From Convolutriloba macropyga (Eukaryota): 64,000 nucleotides of DNA. A program made the translations under genes and the position numbers. Of this stretch, positions 22,698 to 34,683 are shown in pieces. Position 1 is the stretch's first letter. Each line of letters begins with the position of its first letter. The notes beneath the pieces are model-generated. The model was not told the origin of the DNA. It searched no databases and worked only from the letters and a program-made list of their open reading frames with translations. The stretch is taken from assembly GCF_964194025.1 (NCBI RefSeq), contig NC_134470.1:52452001-52516000 (forward strand), in the 5' to 3' direction.

Positions 22698-25600
22698 TCA
22701 CAGATCATTATATAATCTAATACTGGCTTCAATTAGCTTTCTATCATCATTAGTGGGTAGTTCTAGAATATTATCTATCAGCGCCTCTTTACTTACATCT
22801 AACCCTAATTTTATTAATAGCTCTAAAGTAGTATTATTAGTCTTATTTACTAAATCTCTTTTGTATAGATATAGATATTCATCATGAGGATAGCTTTTAA
22901 AATTATTTACATAGAATCTTTTATCATCAAATGTGTTTAGACAAATCTTTCTGGTTTTTGTTGTTGTCATGTTATCACTAGCTTTTTGTATTCTACTTTC
23001 TTGTACAACCCTTTCTTTATTATACATTACTGCGTTATAATACTCCTCATGTTTAGCATTGTTACAATTCTTTATTCTTTTTTCTTCAGTTTTATTTTGG
23101 GAATCTCTGAAGCTACATGACTTTAGTGATAGGGCTATAAACTCTTCTATTATTCTACTTCCCAAATCATGTTTGAGTTTGCCGGGGACTTTATTATTAG
23201 TTTTGATTGGTTTTTCGAGATTTCTTAAATCCATATGCTCATTGTCAACATTACCATCGCCAAAACTTAATACAAAGCTGTCAGTATCCATATAATGGAG
23301 TTGTAGATATTTGAGGGATGGTTGACGAATTTTATAGAATACATCATACAAGTGTAAATTACTTAATTCTAATATAGTAACACCTACATATACTGGAGAA
23401 TCATATTCTTTTTTTTCTTGATATATTCAATTTGGCTATGATCCTTATATCTAGTTATATTCTTAAATGTTGGTTTACTTATACTTTTCATTATCTTTTC
23501 TTCATTGTGTAAGAACTTACTTTGAAGGAAGTGTAGAGGATTCATGCACATTCTTCCATATAGCGAGTTGTTCAATAAATTCCTTATATCCTTTTCCGCT
23601 TCATTTTTAGCTGCTGCTCTTTTATTAGAATTGTTTTGAATATAGTCTCTACATATGTAATCTGGTTTAAATTAAATTACTCTATGAATTTTAATTACTG
23701 ATACACCCATCTAAACATAGAACTTTAACATCCTATAATGAACCATATATTCTGTTTTGTTGTTTTGATCTAAGATTAATTTCTCTGATCCTGCTCTACC
23801 TGTCTCTCTTTCTCTGTAGCCTTAATCATTATCATTTATCTTTCTTTTATTTGGCATTAATGCCAGTTGTTCTATTCTATCTTTACAACTATTAGTATAA
23901 TTAATATCACAAACTATACTGTAAACATTATCACTATCAACTGGAGTATTTAGTATAGAGACTAGAGATGTGTCACAGTACTTGAAATCTTCATCAGATA
24001 ACTTTTGCATCATTGCATAACCAAATAGGTTGTTTGCGTCTCTGTACCATATCTGCGAAGCAGGTTCCCTGATGGTCCTGTTTTTACTATTAGCATTAGC
24101 ATTAGCATTAACATCAGCATTAGCATTAACATTATCATTAGCATTAAAATTAGCATTAGTATTTATATATCTATCACCCATTATGCCACATATACCACCT
24201 CTCTTTGCTCCAACAAAATCATCTAAGATTTGTTTATCTTGTATTGTATCTAATGTAACACCACTTGACATTAACCAACAATCAAAACTATAACCCGGTA
24301 GACTAACGTAATGTAGTGGGTTGAGTTCGTATTCTTTCATACTTAATTTGACATTCATTCATGCAGTAGTCTGATATTTCCACATCTTTCGGTAAATACT
24401 CTATAGTTAGATCTTTACCAGTTTTATGACTGTTGTCTTTATTAAAGATATCAACTTCTTCTTGTGTTGGTAGTTTATTAGATAGTGAGGATTTGAAGTC
24501 TTCTATGTTTAGATAACCTATAAGATTAATATAGGAGTCTAAACCAAAGGATTCATATGGATATAAAGTATTAGTTTTACAATATAACTTTGCCATTCGA
24601 TCTAGAGACATAGCTAAGAAGTTATAGCTATCTAAGAATTTAAAACAATCAAAACTAAACATCTTAGACTTACCAGCAGCTAGTGGTACGTTATCCACTT
24701 TTTTATCATTATTCTGTTTAAAAATTCACTATACAGTAGATTGAAATCATAACCGGAGCCATAATGGACTATTACAGGAATGAAGTTTTGTTGTTTGTAC
24801 CTTAGATTACACATTCCACATACTGGTCCTCTATATCTACCAGTTTCATGACAGTGATCTCTTACTTTATTAATACAAGGTTTATTACAAAAATGACAAG
24901 TGTTATTGGTTTCATGATACAATTCATTTTCTTTATTAAATATCATCTTTTCATTATGTTTAAAGTTATTCTCTGTTTCTATTTCTAATAGATCAGTAGC
25001 AAATCTTTTGATGCAGTCAAAACCAACGTAGTGCTTGAAGTTACTTTGCCAGATTTAACCCACAGATATTGGAATATGTTCAGCTATTACATATTTGCAG
25101 TAATTAGATTAGACGTTAACAATGCAACATTCTATATCCGCAGTTATATTTTTTATATTCTGACGCTTATGTTCATTTATAAAAGTAATCTTTTTTTCTT
25201 AGGACAAATAATCTCTGGTTTGAAAGAGTGGCTACATATCTGATTGTCATAATTAATTTGAGAGTTAGACCAATATGTACATCTATCACAATAATAATAT
25301 TTATTGTTATTTTTATTCGGACGATCTAACAGGGTTTCTATGTTTTTAATTAGAGCACAGTGTTCCACTCCGGCTTTTTCACAAATTAATAATCTATCAT
25401 CTTTTCTATCTTTATCAAAGTCATCTGCTGGTTTAAGTAATTCTACTTTACCATCACCACAGGGCGTGTATATCCAAATAATAATATTCTACAATTTTTG
25501 TGTTCTTAATATATAGCCGAAGTCATCTTCATGTTGTTGTCTTGGTACAATTAGTTTATTCACATATTTACTTTCACGTGTTGCATGGTCCATGGCGGAA

Positions 25601-26495
25601 TGTAGCCAAGCAGTATTAGTTAGTTGTAAGCAATTGTATTTGGAATTGCGTATATTTAATATTGATTTAGAATTTTGAGATCGGGGGTAAATCTATATAA
25701 CTACCAATAGATGCTTTGGTTGGTTCAATACTTATCTGAATACTTCATAAACCAAGAAACTCAAGGTCATAGCCATAGCCTTCATATAATTCTTTTTCAA
25801 AGTTAAGTCACTGCTTGAAGTGACCATATTCATATATTGCGTTATTATTGATATAGTCGGTGATGAAGAATATTTTAGTAGTTTTAACTTCATCTTTGGT
25901 TCTCTTCATATAATCACACTCGGCTGTGATCTTATATTCAAAACTCTTAACTCTTCTAAACTGGTAACAGCTTTTAATTTCATCTAAAGAATTATTAACA
26001 GCTTCATCTATATCTTCGATGTAATTTCCTGCTTTATCAGTATTATAAAATTCTTTCATGTTCTGGCTAGAGTTTATATCGAAGTGTTCTGTGTTTTCTA
26101 GATACTTGCGATTATGGCTATATGAGTGAGTAGTTAGGGTGATTTTTTATTGAAATTCTTCATGACATTCTTTACATTCATACTTAATTCTAAGGTAGAT
26201 GCTGTCTTCGGTTTTAGTTATAGGCTTAGTTGCAGGATTAGCTTTACGTTTAATAGTATCTTTGATGTTATCTTTAGGTTTACTCTCAGTTTTAGGTATA
26301 CTCTCAGTTTGGGGCTTAGGTCTGAGATAATACAATTCTTCCTCTGAGTCATACACTCTCTCTGGCTTCATCTTCCATTTCCTTTCTCGCTCTGTTTAAG
26401 TGCTCATCACTTAAATTGTGTTTGATAAATTGTTTCCTTGCTTCATAGACCAAATCACAAATATAACAAAAGTTTACGCTTTCTACTTTAGACAT
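22698..26495 (-). pseudogene. Protein-primed family B DNA polymerase (pPolB) with N-terminal zinc fingers and EndoVII/HNH-like module; many stops and frameshifts
   Basis: Collinear fragments: CYIC..H, CKEC..H, ILNIRN..YNC, YYCDRC, ADIEC (ExoI), CHFC..VRDHCHETGRYRGPVCGMCN, HYGSGYDF (ExoII), FLDSYNFL, YPYE, RGGIC, DANNLFGYAM (motif A), NNSLYG (B), YMDTDSF (C), FDDKR. Confidence 0.95.
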
Positions 26496-26544
26496 CTTTA
26501 TTTTTAGGGACAGAAATTCATTTTTGAAAATATACAAAATAAAA

Positions 26545-26865
26545 ATGTCTAAATCAGTAAAATGTGATAATTGTAAAGATAAATCTTGGAGAGGGTGTTG
26601 TAATAAATGTTTAAATAGTTCATTTGAGTGTTATATCTGTAAAGGTTACTTTAAGAATAGAGATTATATTAATCATATGAATATACATAATAATGATCCA
26701 AATCTATATATAACTTGTATCATGTGTAATGTATATCAACATATCAGCGGATTTAGATTTAAAAATTTTAAGTGTAGATTATGTATTTATCTACATAGAT
26801 ATAGAAATAAACAAACCAGAGATAGATTCAGGGAAAATATCGAAAAATTTAACATAAAGGTTTAG
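26545..26865 (+). CDS. Small Cys-rich/zinc-finger protein of the Polinton
   Basis: MSKSVKCDNC..CCNKC..CYICKGYFKNRDYINHMNIH (C2H2)..CIMC..CRLC; ATG preceded by AAAATAAAA; divergent from pPolB. Confidence 0.65.
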   Translation: MSKSVKCDNCKDKSWRGCCNKCLNSSFECYICKGYFKNRDYINHMNIHNNDPNLYITCIMCNVYQHISGFRFKNFKCRLCIYLHRYRNKQTRDRFRENIEKFNIKV

Positions 26866-27338
26866 AGTTAAGCTGGTTTTTTGTGCAGATTATCCATGAA
26901 GTGGCTTCATCAATTTTCGCAAGTTGGTTTTACGTGCTTGTTACACGAACTCAATAGTTATACTGAAAAACACTAATCACTGTGTTTCCACGAATCTCAG
27001 TGTTTTTGATTGTATACCCATCACAGTGTGTCCATATACAGTCTCACAGCAGGGATCATCCTTTTAAGAACTTTGAATTTGTTTTTTTTTATCTCACCTA
27101 GTTTCATAGTAGTTCATCAAATTCGGGGGACCTTCACTGGAGTCAGTGAGGAAGGAACCCCAAACCTTCCGTTTGCTAAAGCAACTTAACTAGACTCGAT
27201 GATTTAACCACTACGCCAAGTGAGACATGAAATGATTTATTTTAATTGTATAAGAATGGGAATATAGTGGTCAAAACAAAATGGAAATAAAGTAATGTGT
27301 ATACAGCCACCTAATTTTCATTTTTTAATTATACTTTT

Positions 27339-27455
27339 AGTAGTGGATAAAACAAGGCTTCTAGTGACCAGACGACTTGGTTCATTTCCCAAGTTTTTAC
27401 GAGGGAAAATAGACCAGGTTGGCTGGTGGCTGGAAGCCTTGTTTTATCCACTACT
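27339..27455 (-). repeat. Right TIR of the Polinton (self-complementary hairpin)
   Basis: AGTAGTGGATAAAACAAGGCTTC ... GAAGCCTTGTTTTATCCACTACT (perfect 23-bp outer stem), followed by the TSD TTGTTC. Confidence 0.95.
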
Positions 27456-28979
27456 TTGTTCATCTTTAGAAATGCAGAAATTAAGCACCACTCATTATCC
27501 AGACTTTCAAGATCTCATTTAGGTGCAAAGATTGATGTCTAGTTTTCCGGCAAACATCTGGAAATATATACGCGAATAGCAAAATTTTTCAAAAACTGAC
27601 TCTAATTGTTACACTTAGGTTCACTTGATTAGTCAAAATTTATGAAAGTGCATTTTCTGACAAATAAATTTTTGTGGTCTTCTGATTTCTTTTTGTGGTT
27701 CTAAGACACAAGAGCAGAAACTAAAACCCCATGTGAAAGTTCAATCAAACTGTTTTAGATAATTTTCTTAGTAATAGATTTTTAAATGATGTACTCAGCG
27801 TATTTTCAACGTATTTAATGCGCGCATGTAAACGTAATCGTACGTTTTAAATTTTAAAGAAGACATCGACCTGGATTGATGTTTTAACACCGCTAACCAG
27901 TGTGCCCATAGAGGGAAGGACTCCAATTTAGACTAATTTTATTATAAATATTTAGGAATTATGTTGACGTGAAAACTTAAAATTGTAAAGACAAACGATA
28001 GGGAAAGGCTAATTTTTTAAAAGCTGAAAATTGTAAAGACAAACGATATATGGATTTTCTATCTGGGATGAAGCTCCGCTCAAAATGAGCCAGACTGATG
28101 ATTTTTCTTCCCAATTTCAAACGAATAGTTTTTCTCTTACCTGTATATATGAATCAAAAGATTCTTGTTCTTCACAATTCACCAAATAAGAAGTGACGCA
28201 AATACTTTGCAACTGATCGAATAAAAAGCACACCACTGGTCACTGTACTCGATTTAAAAATTAGCATGCATGCACAAAGAGCTTTTACAGTTTTCAAATC
28301 TCGTAAGAGCTTCACTTTCATATCAGCTTAGAAAGCTTTACAAATTCTCTTCAAAACTTAACTGCGGCTAATTAAGATTCACGCACAATGGTAGCTCTCC
28401 AATTTCAGATTTACATGAGAATTCATGTGCTGATGTTCTTCTGTACAATGGTCAACCGTGGTGGCATTTTCCAAAATTTAATAGTATTTTAATGAACTTA
28501 ATTTAATCAGCACAAGACACAGAGGTCAATTAGAGGGAACAATTAGGAAGCAGAAATTGCAATGAGTCTGAGCCACTATTTTGATTTGACATCAGTTACT
28601 CCCAATTTTTAAGGCTTCATTTCGGCAAGAAAAGCACAACCTGACATATTAGATTCTACATAAAACTAATAACTCCTTTGACGTTGAATTCTCTCCCGTG
28701 GGTGCGTTGCTTCGGACTCTATTACAAAACAAATTGCATCCGTTTTTACAGTTTGGAAGCCGGGAAAAAGCATAAGCATAAGCAATCATTAAGCTCTAAA
28801 GTTTTCATTGGATTTAGACGATTTGGGAGTAGTTGTGCAACAAGTTGCTTCTATTCTTATAAATATTTATCACGGCAATAAGATCTGTTAAGAGGTCCAT
28901 CTCTGTAAAGAGACCTCTGCAAAGATAACAGTATTAGTTGTCTAGACATATGTACATTAGATTATCCTGTTACATAAAC

Positions 28980-31030
28980 ATTCGGTCAAAAATTGTCGTC
29001 TTTCAACATTTTGACAAAAAATGGTTATCTTGCAAGATTTTATCAAGAAATGGTTATCATACAAAATAACTATTCGAAGTCGACTGTGATTGACAGAGTT
29101 ATTTTCGTATCTTTATGCGTCAACGCACATTAACTGGGAATTTCTTGTCGTAACAATTAGATACAGCTCATAACCTTTTTCCAGACATACTGCAGACACT
29201 GAAATTGTCCTTATTATGACAGACCGATAACATCATAGGACAACTTACAGAAGCAAGCACTAGTTAAACAAAGATCCAATGTGACCCATTTTGCCAGATC
29301 AATACCCAATCGCGGCTTAATAGTCGGCAATCTCTCAAATTCAAGCAAAAATATTGATAGCTGCATGTTATGAGCTCAAAAACGAGATCTTTTAAGATTA
29401 TCTCAGAAAATACTTTTCTTTCCAGATTGTCAGAAAAAGCTTATCTTTCCATATTCTGTCAAGATTCTGTCAATAAAAATATTTATCATGCAACGACCTG
29501 TCAAAATGGTGTTATGATTGACGATTCGGTCAAAAATCGTCGTCTTTCAACACTTTGTTAAAAAATGGTTATCTTGCAAGATTTTGTCAAAAAATTGTTA
29601 TCTTTCAACAATTTGTCAAAAAATCGTCTTCTTTCAACATTTTGTCAAAAAAAAGGTTATCTTGCAAGCTTTTGCCAAGAAATATTTATCTTGCAAGATA
29701 AATATTCGCAGTCGGCTGGAATTGACAGATCTAATTTCTTATCTTTATGCGTCAACGCACGTTAACGGAGAATTTCTTGTAATAATTAGATACAGCTCAC
29801 AACATTTGTGCAGACATACTGCAGACATTGAAAATTTCCTTACTATGACAGATCGATAACATCATAGGACAACTTACAGAAGCAAGCAGGAGTTAAACAA
29901 AGATCCATTGTGACCCTTTTTGCCAGATCAATACCCAATCGCGGCTTAATAGTCGGCTATCTCTCAAATTCAAGCAAAAATATTGATGGCTGCGTGTTAT
30001 GAGCTCAAAAACGAGATCTTTCAAGATTCTCTCAGAAAAGGCATTTCTTTCCAGATTGTCAAAAAATGTTTATCTTTCCATATTATGTCAAAAAATTGCT
30101 TATTTTTCAAAATTCTGTCAGAAAAAGGTTATCTTGCAAGCTTCTGTCAAAAAGTTTTTTTCTTGCAAAGTCCTGTCAGAAAAGGGGTTATGTTTGACGA
30201 TTCCGTCAAAATTCGTCGTCTTTCAATATTTTGTTAAAAAATGGTTATCTTGCAATAATTTGTCAAAAAATTATCATCCTTCAACATTTTGTAAAAAAAA
30301 TCGTCATCTTTCAACATTTTGTCAAAAAAAGGTTATCTTGCAAGCTTTTGTCAAGAAATATTTATCTTGCAAGATAACTAATCGCAGTCGGCTGGGATTG
30401 ACAGATCTATTTTCGTATCTTTATGCGTCTCAACGCACATTAACCGGGATTTTTTGGCGTAACAATCAGATACAGCTAATGTCCACTGTGCAGACACTGA
30501 AATTATCCTTATTATGATAGACCGATAACATCATAGGACAACTTACAGAAGTAAACAGGAGTTAAACAAAGATCCACTGTGACGCATTTGGCCAGACCAA
30601 TACCCAATCGCGACTAAAATGTCAGCAATGTCCCATATTCAAGCAAAAATATTGATAGCTGCGTGTTATGATCTCATAAGCGGTACAAAAACGAGATCTT
30701 TTAAGATTCTCAAAGAAAATGCTTTTCTTTCCAGATTGTCAGAAAATGCTTATCTTTCCATATTCTGTCAACAAAAATATTTATCATGCAAGGTCCTGTC
30801 AAAAAGGGGTTAGCCTTCAAAATTCGGCCAAAAATGGTCATCTTTCAACATTTTGTCAAAAAATGGTCATCTTTAACATTTTGTCAAAAAATGGTCATAT
30901 TTAAACATTTTGTCAAGAATGGCTATCTGGCAAGATGAAGTCGACTGGGATTGACAGAGTTATTTTGGTATCTTTATGCGTCAACGCATATAAACCGGGA
31001 CTTTTTTGTCGTAACAATCAGATACAGCTA
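28980..31030. repeat. Tandem array of ~630-680 bp units (~3.3 copies) with ~30-bp internal subrepeats
   Basis: Marker aaaaacgagatct at ~29377, 30007 and 30687; subrepeats tcttgcaaga/ttttgtcaaaaa. Confidence 0.9.
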
Positions 31031-31380
31031 TTAACCTCTGTTTCTCAAAATGAAAAAGCATTTAAACGAACTGTAAAATTTCCAAAAAAAAACAGAAAAT
31101 TGCACTCGATGAACAATATCAACTCAGGCTAAGCACATCATCAAAACTACAACTTCATTAACCACGCTCATTGATAATTCTAACAGAAGCACCGTCTAAT
31201 GTGCTCTCATTTGTTTCCACTTATCATAAACTACGTCTAATGAACGCAGGAGCTACACGCTATCAGATCATATCTACATAAAATCAGCAAAGATTTAAAA
31301 AGTCAGTTCAAATGGTTCAGTTGGCTTTCTGAAATTAAACAGTAACTTCGAACAATTGACACAAAAATTCACAGTGAAGT

Positions 31381-31683
31381 TCAAAAACAGGTTCCACCGG
31401 TCTGCTCACTGAAAACCTCAATTAGGTCATCTTCTTGAAGGTCAAGGTCAGCTGGGGTCATATCGTCTTCAATCCTTTGACCTTCAAACATGAATCTGAC
31501 TGCTGCTCGTGAAAGTCCTTGTCGTTCACAGAAGTTGTTCTTCAGTTTTGACATTTTAGTTGTCATTTTGACCCTAAAGTGGACCTCTCCAGTGCCCTCC
31601 TGCTTGACCTTGAGTGTTACGTAATCATTTGATTTCTGTTGAGCGTTGTCACCAGCTCCAGCCATGGCGTCAGTGTTAGTCAT
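31381..31683 (-). CDS. SUMO: Small ubiquitin-like modifier (SUMO), intronless, 100 aa
   Basis: YVTLKVKQEGTGEVHFRVKMTTKMSKLK..FCERQG....VRFMFEGQRI...TPADLDLQEDDLIEVFSEQTGG plus a TCF propeptide; first ATG at 31683. Confidence 0.95.
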   Translation of the reverse strand: MTNTDAMAGAGDNAQQKSNDYVTLKVKQEGTGEVHFRVKMTTKMSKLKNNFCERQGLSRAAVRFMFEGQRIEDDMTPADLDLQEDDLIEVFSEQTGGTCF

Positions 31684-32702
31684 TGTTGCCAAGAAATTTG
31701 ATTGCGAATGTTATGCTGTGCAGATATGGCGTAAATACCGTAGTTTCGAAGGGCCCAACTTATCTGAAGTCAAGTTAACAGTAAAATAGTTCGAATCATT
31801 TTAAAAAAATTTTGAAACCCATTTACTATGCTGAATAGAAAGCTTACCAAATAGAAAAATAGCGAAAATTTAAAAAACTGCTGTTCGTCCTCCATTTTAA
31901 GCTTTCGAAACTTCTAATCTTAACTAATGAAAGCATCCGGTTGCATGGCACTTTACCCAACGGCATAATGCCCAAAGACTATTCCCAATTAATTCCCGTT
32001 TGATCTTGAAGTTCAAAAGACCGAATATAAATTAACGATTTTTATTGCAAGAGGGTTCGTACTTCATCATCATAATTATTATCATAATTTTTATCTGAAG
32101 TTTAGTGGAACATATAATCTCGATTAGGTATACTTGGGGGCCATTCAAATGGACGCAAATCAAATAGACATCGGTATTTTGCTTCAAATGGACAATTGCA
32201 TGCAGTCCTTGTTATTGCTGTTAAATCATTGTTGTTTATTGCTATACTCCCAATGTAGTCACGTATATACATAATAACTAGACTAGGCTATAATTAAGCG
32301 GATCTTGAGTATGTGAGCGAGTGGCCGCTGTCCACGCCCATTGTGGAATGTAACCGGAATAAACTAGCCGTTTATCGCGCGAAGCACGTCAACTAAGACG
32401 TGCACGTCAACTAAGACTATATTATCGGGAGTGTTGCGATTTTATATGTTTTAAAATAAATTCGTCCGTTTGATACGTCGTCCTGATGAAACGTACGGTA
32501 TAATTATTCTAAATAGTTTCTAATAATTTTAACTACGAGGCGAAATATTAGATCGATTTGGTCATTTTGGCACTGGCTATTTGTTCTGACATCCCAAATG
32601 CCCATAATTTCCAATCGATTAGCTGCCAACAGGCAGACTATTGCAAGACATTTGTTTACCTAAAAAATTTTTGATGGCTATTTTAGCCAAAAAAATACAA
32701 AC

Positions 32703-33236
32703 ATAACCTACTAACGTCGGGCGAATTGCTTTAAAACGACTGGCGAGCGGTTGACCTCGTCAGTAGCTAGTTAAGGTTAAGCGAAGCTAGCCTGAGCTTA
32801 ATTAAAGTGGGCGCGGGATAAGCGCAGCGGGGGGGGGGGTACGGGTGAACGATGTGCTATGGGTGGGGATCTAAGAACCGCCCATCGCACCAAGAATATA
32901 ATTTATGGGATCTATTCTGTTTTGTCCCCCAAGCTTAGTGGGCTTATATTTTTACGCCCCTAGGCGCACCTGCCATTTTGTTACATAGTAACGTTCTAAA
33001 AACACTGGGGGCCGAAATAGAATAGATCCAATTTGTGTCTCCAAAACATTTTCAATGAACCACATACTTAAAGTATTTTAAGCCGAGAAGCTTCAACAGA
33101 ACTTAATGCCCCAAGCGTTTCCTCTTTATCCCGTTTTCGAGTAAGGAGTCAGGCAAAAAATCGTTCAATCGAGAAATCGCAAAGACCGCAGGACTAATTA
33201 CAATAATTGCCACAAACTACGTTTGAGAGCAACTAA
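32703..33236 (-). mobile_element. Helentron-associated (DINE-1/HINE-like) non-autonomous element, copy A
   Basis: Degenerate short palindrome (CCtACTAACGTCGG) next to sub-TIR AATTGCTTTAAAACG; inverted sub-TIR CGTTTGAGAGCAA within a stem-loop at the other end. Confidence 0.55.
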
Positions 33237-33574
33237 ATTCTTTCACCAGTTTGATTTATTAGTTACAGAACGAAATCATTGCCGCACGTAAAAAAAACTC
33301 TCTCAAAAATCAAAAAATCTTTCCAACACCAATTTCTCACTCCACCGTAAAGGTAATTTTAAAAAATCACTCTTCAAACGTCGCTTATTAACTCCTTTTA
33401 CTACTCCAGCGTGCTTAAAATCACCGACTTAAAATTGACTTCTCATTGACCTGAAAAAGTCAAGAAAAGTGTGAAGAGATATTAAAAAAGCACCAGTACA
33501 ATCCAAATCCTTTAGATTGTAAAAAGGAGCTTTTATATAATAACCTTTTGAGAGGCTGACAGCGGCTATTAAAC

Positions 33575-34004
33575 GTAACGGCTAAGTTGAACGAATTGCT
33601 CTCAAACAGCCAGCGACCGATTGGCTTCGGAAGCAGCCAGCTGGAGCTTTGTGGACAAGGGGAGGGGTTGGGAGGGGGTCAACCCTCCATCCAGGTGGAG
33701 GGTGGGAGTGGTGAGATGGCTGTGAGTGGGGGGGGGGGGGGTGATTAATGGGGGTTCAAACTGTTTAAAATTAAGAACCATCCTTGACACCACGAACTTA
33801 TGTCTCCTTAAGTTTCGGTGAATCACACTCTTAGAGACTCGTAAGGCACTAAGACAGCTGCTCAGCCACTTAATGCTCTCCGGGCTTTACCTGTTTTTGA
33901 GCCCGAAAAGTTAAAAGCGTCAGACAAAAAATCGTTCACAAAGAAATACGCACAAAAATTAACACAGGACTAATATAATTAATACTTCGTTTGAGAATGC
34001 TTAA
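33575..34004 (-). mobile_element. Same HINE-like family, copy B
   Basis: GAATTGCTCTCAAAC at ~33593, G-rich interior, GGACTAATATAATT..TTCGTTTGAGA end. Confidence 0.5.
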
Positions 34005-34609
34005 AAACTTCCACCGAAGTTGCCTGATGGCTGTGCATTGTGAGCAATTTTGATATAACCTCCATTCTGCCTCAAAGTTTACGCAAAATATTTCTGTAGC
34101 GGGAAAAAATTTTGATTTTTTCCTTCGCGAAAGTTACGCAATTGTCCCTAGGTAGATTTTAGAACTAAATTAGGTCAAACTAAAAACTGAATCAGAGAAA
34201 ACTGTTGCTGCTGTTTGAGTGAGAAGAGAAGTTCACTGAATTTTAAACTAAACCAAGCTGGTCTATACTATGATAGAAAAGAGGACGATAATTGCAGTCC
34301 AAATATGCTTTGATAAAATATTGAAATGAGAAGAGCTGTCAGCAAAAGAGGAGGAATACACCACAACAAACAATAATAACGACTATTTAAACTACACAAG
34401 CATAATAGCAATTCAAAACTAAATGAAGAGTACACTACTACATACACGACTGTCCAATTTGCATTCAATTTCAAGTATAAATCTGCATAAAATAGCACTT
34501 CTAAAAATAGTAAATTCTTGATCTTTCACAAGGGATCCACATTGCAAATGTTACCACTGACGAGGTACTTTTGTTTACATTTGCATGCTTCATAGCAAGA
34601 CCGAGACAA

Positions 34610-34683
34610 GTTTCCATAGCTCAGTTGGTTTGAGCATCGTGCTAATAACACGAGGGTCGAGAGTTCGAGCCTCTCTGGAACCA
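34610..34683 (+). tRNA. tRNA-Ile (anticodon AAT), possibly a pseudogene
   Basis: Cloverleaf: acceptor GTTTCCA/TGGAACC (one mismatch), D stem GCTC/GAGC, anticodon arm TCGTG-CTAATAA-CACGA, T arm GAGAG-TTCGAGC-CTCTC. Confidence 0.88.

Larger units (their letters stand above)
14691..27455. mobile_element. Polinton/Maverick (endogenous polintovirus), decayed and internally deleted, ~12.8 kb
   Basis: Termini AGCAGT...ACTACT (canonical AGTAGT type); 117-bp TIRs; 6-bp TSD TTGTTC at 14685-14690 and 27456-27461; hallmark pPolB, integrase, protease, ATPase and penton remnants inside. Confidence 0.96.

Noticed and set aside
29370-31132. Cluster of similar ORFs (MSSKTRSFKI...)
   Set aside because: Translations of a non-coding tandem repeat; frames are not conserved between units.
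17711-31683. Functional link between the Ulp1-like viral protease and the nearby SUMO gene
   Set aside because: SUMO lies ~4 kb outside the TSD-defined element and the protease is the standard Polinton maturation enzyme; proximity is probably coincidental.
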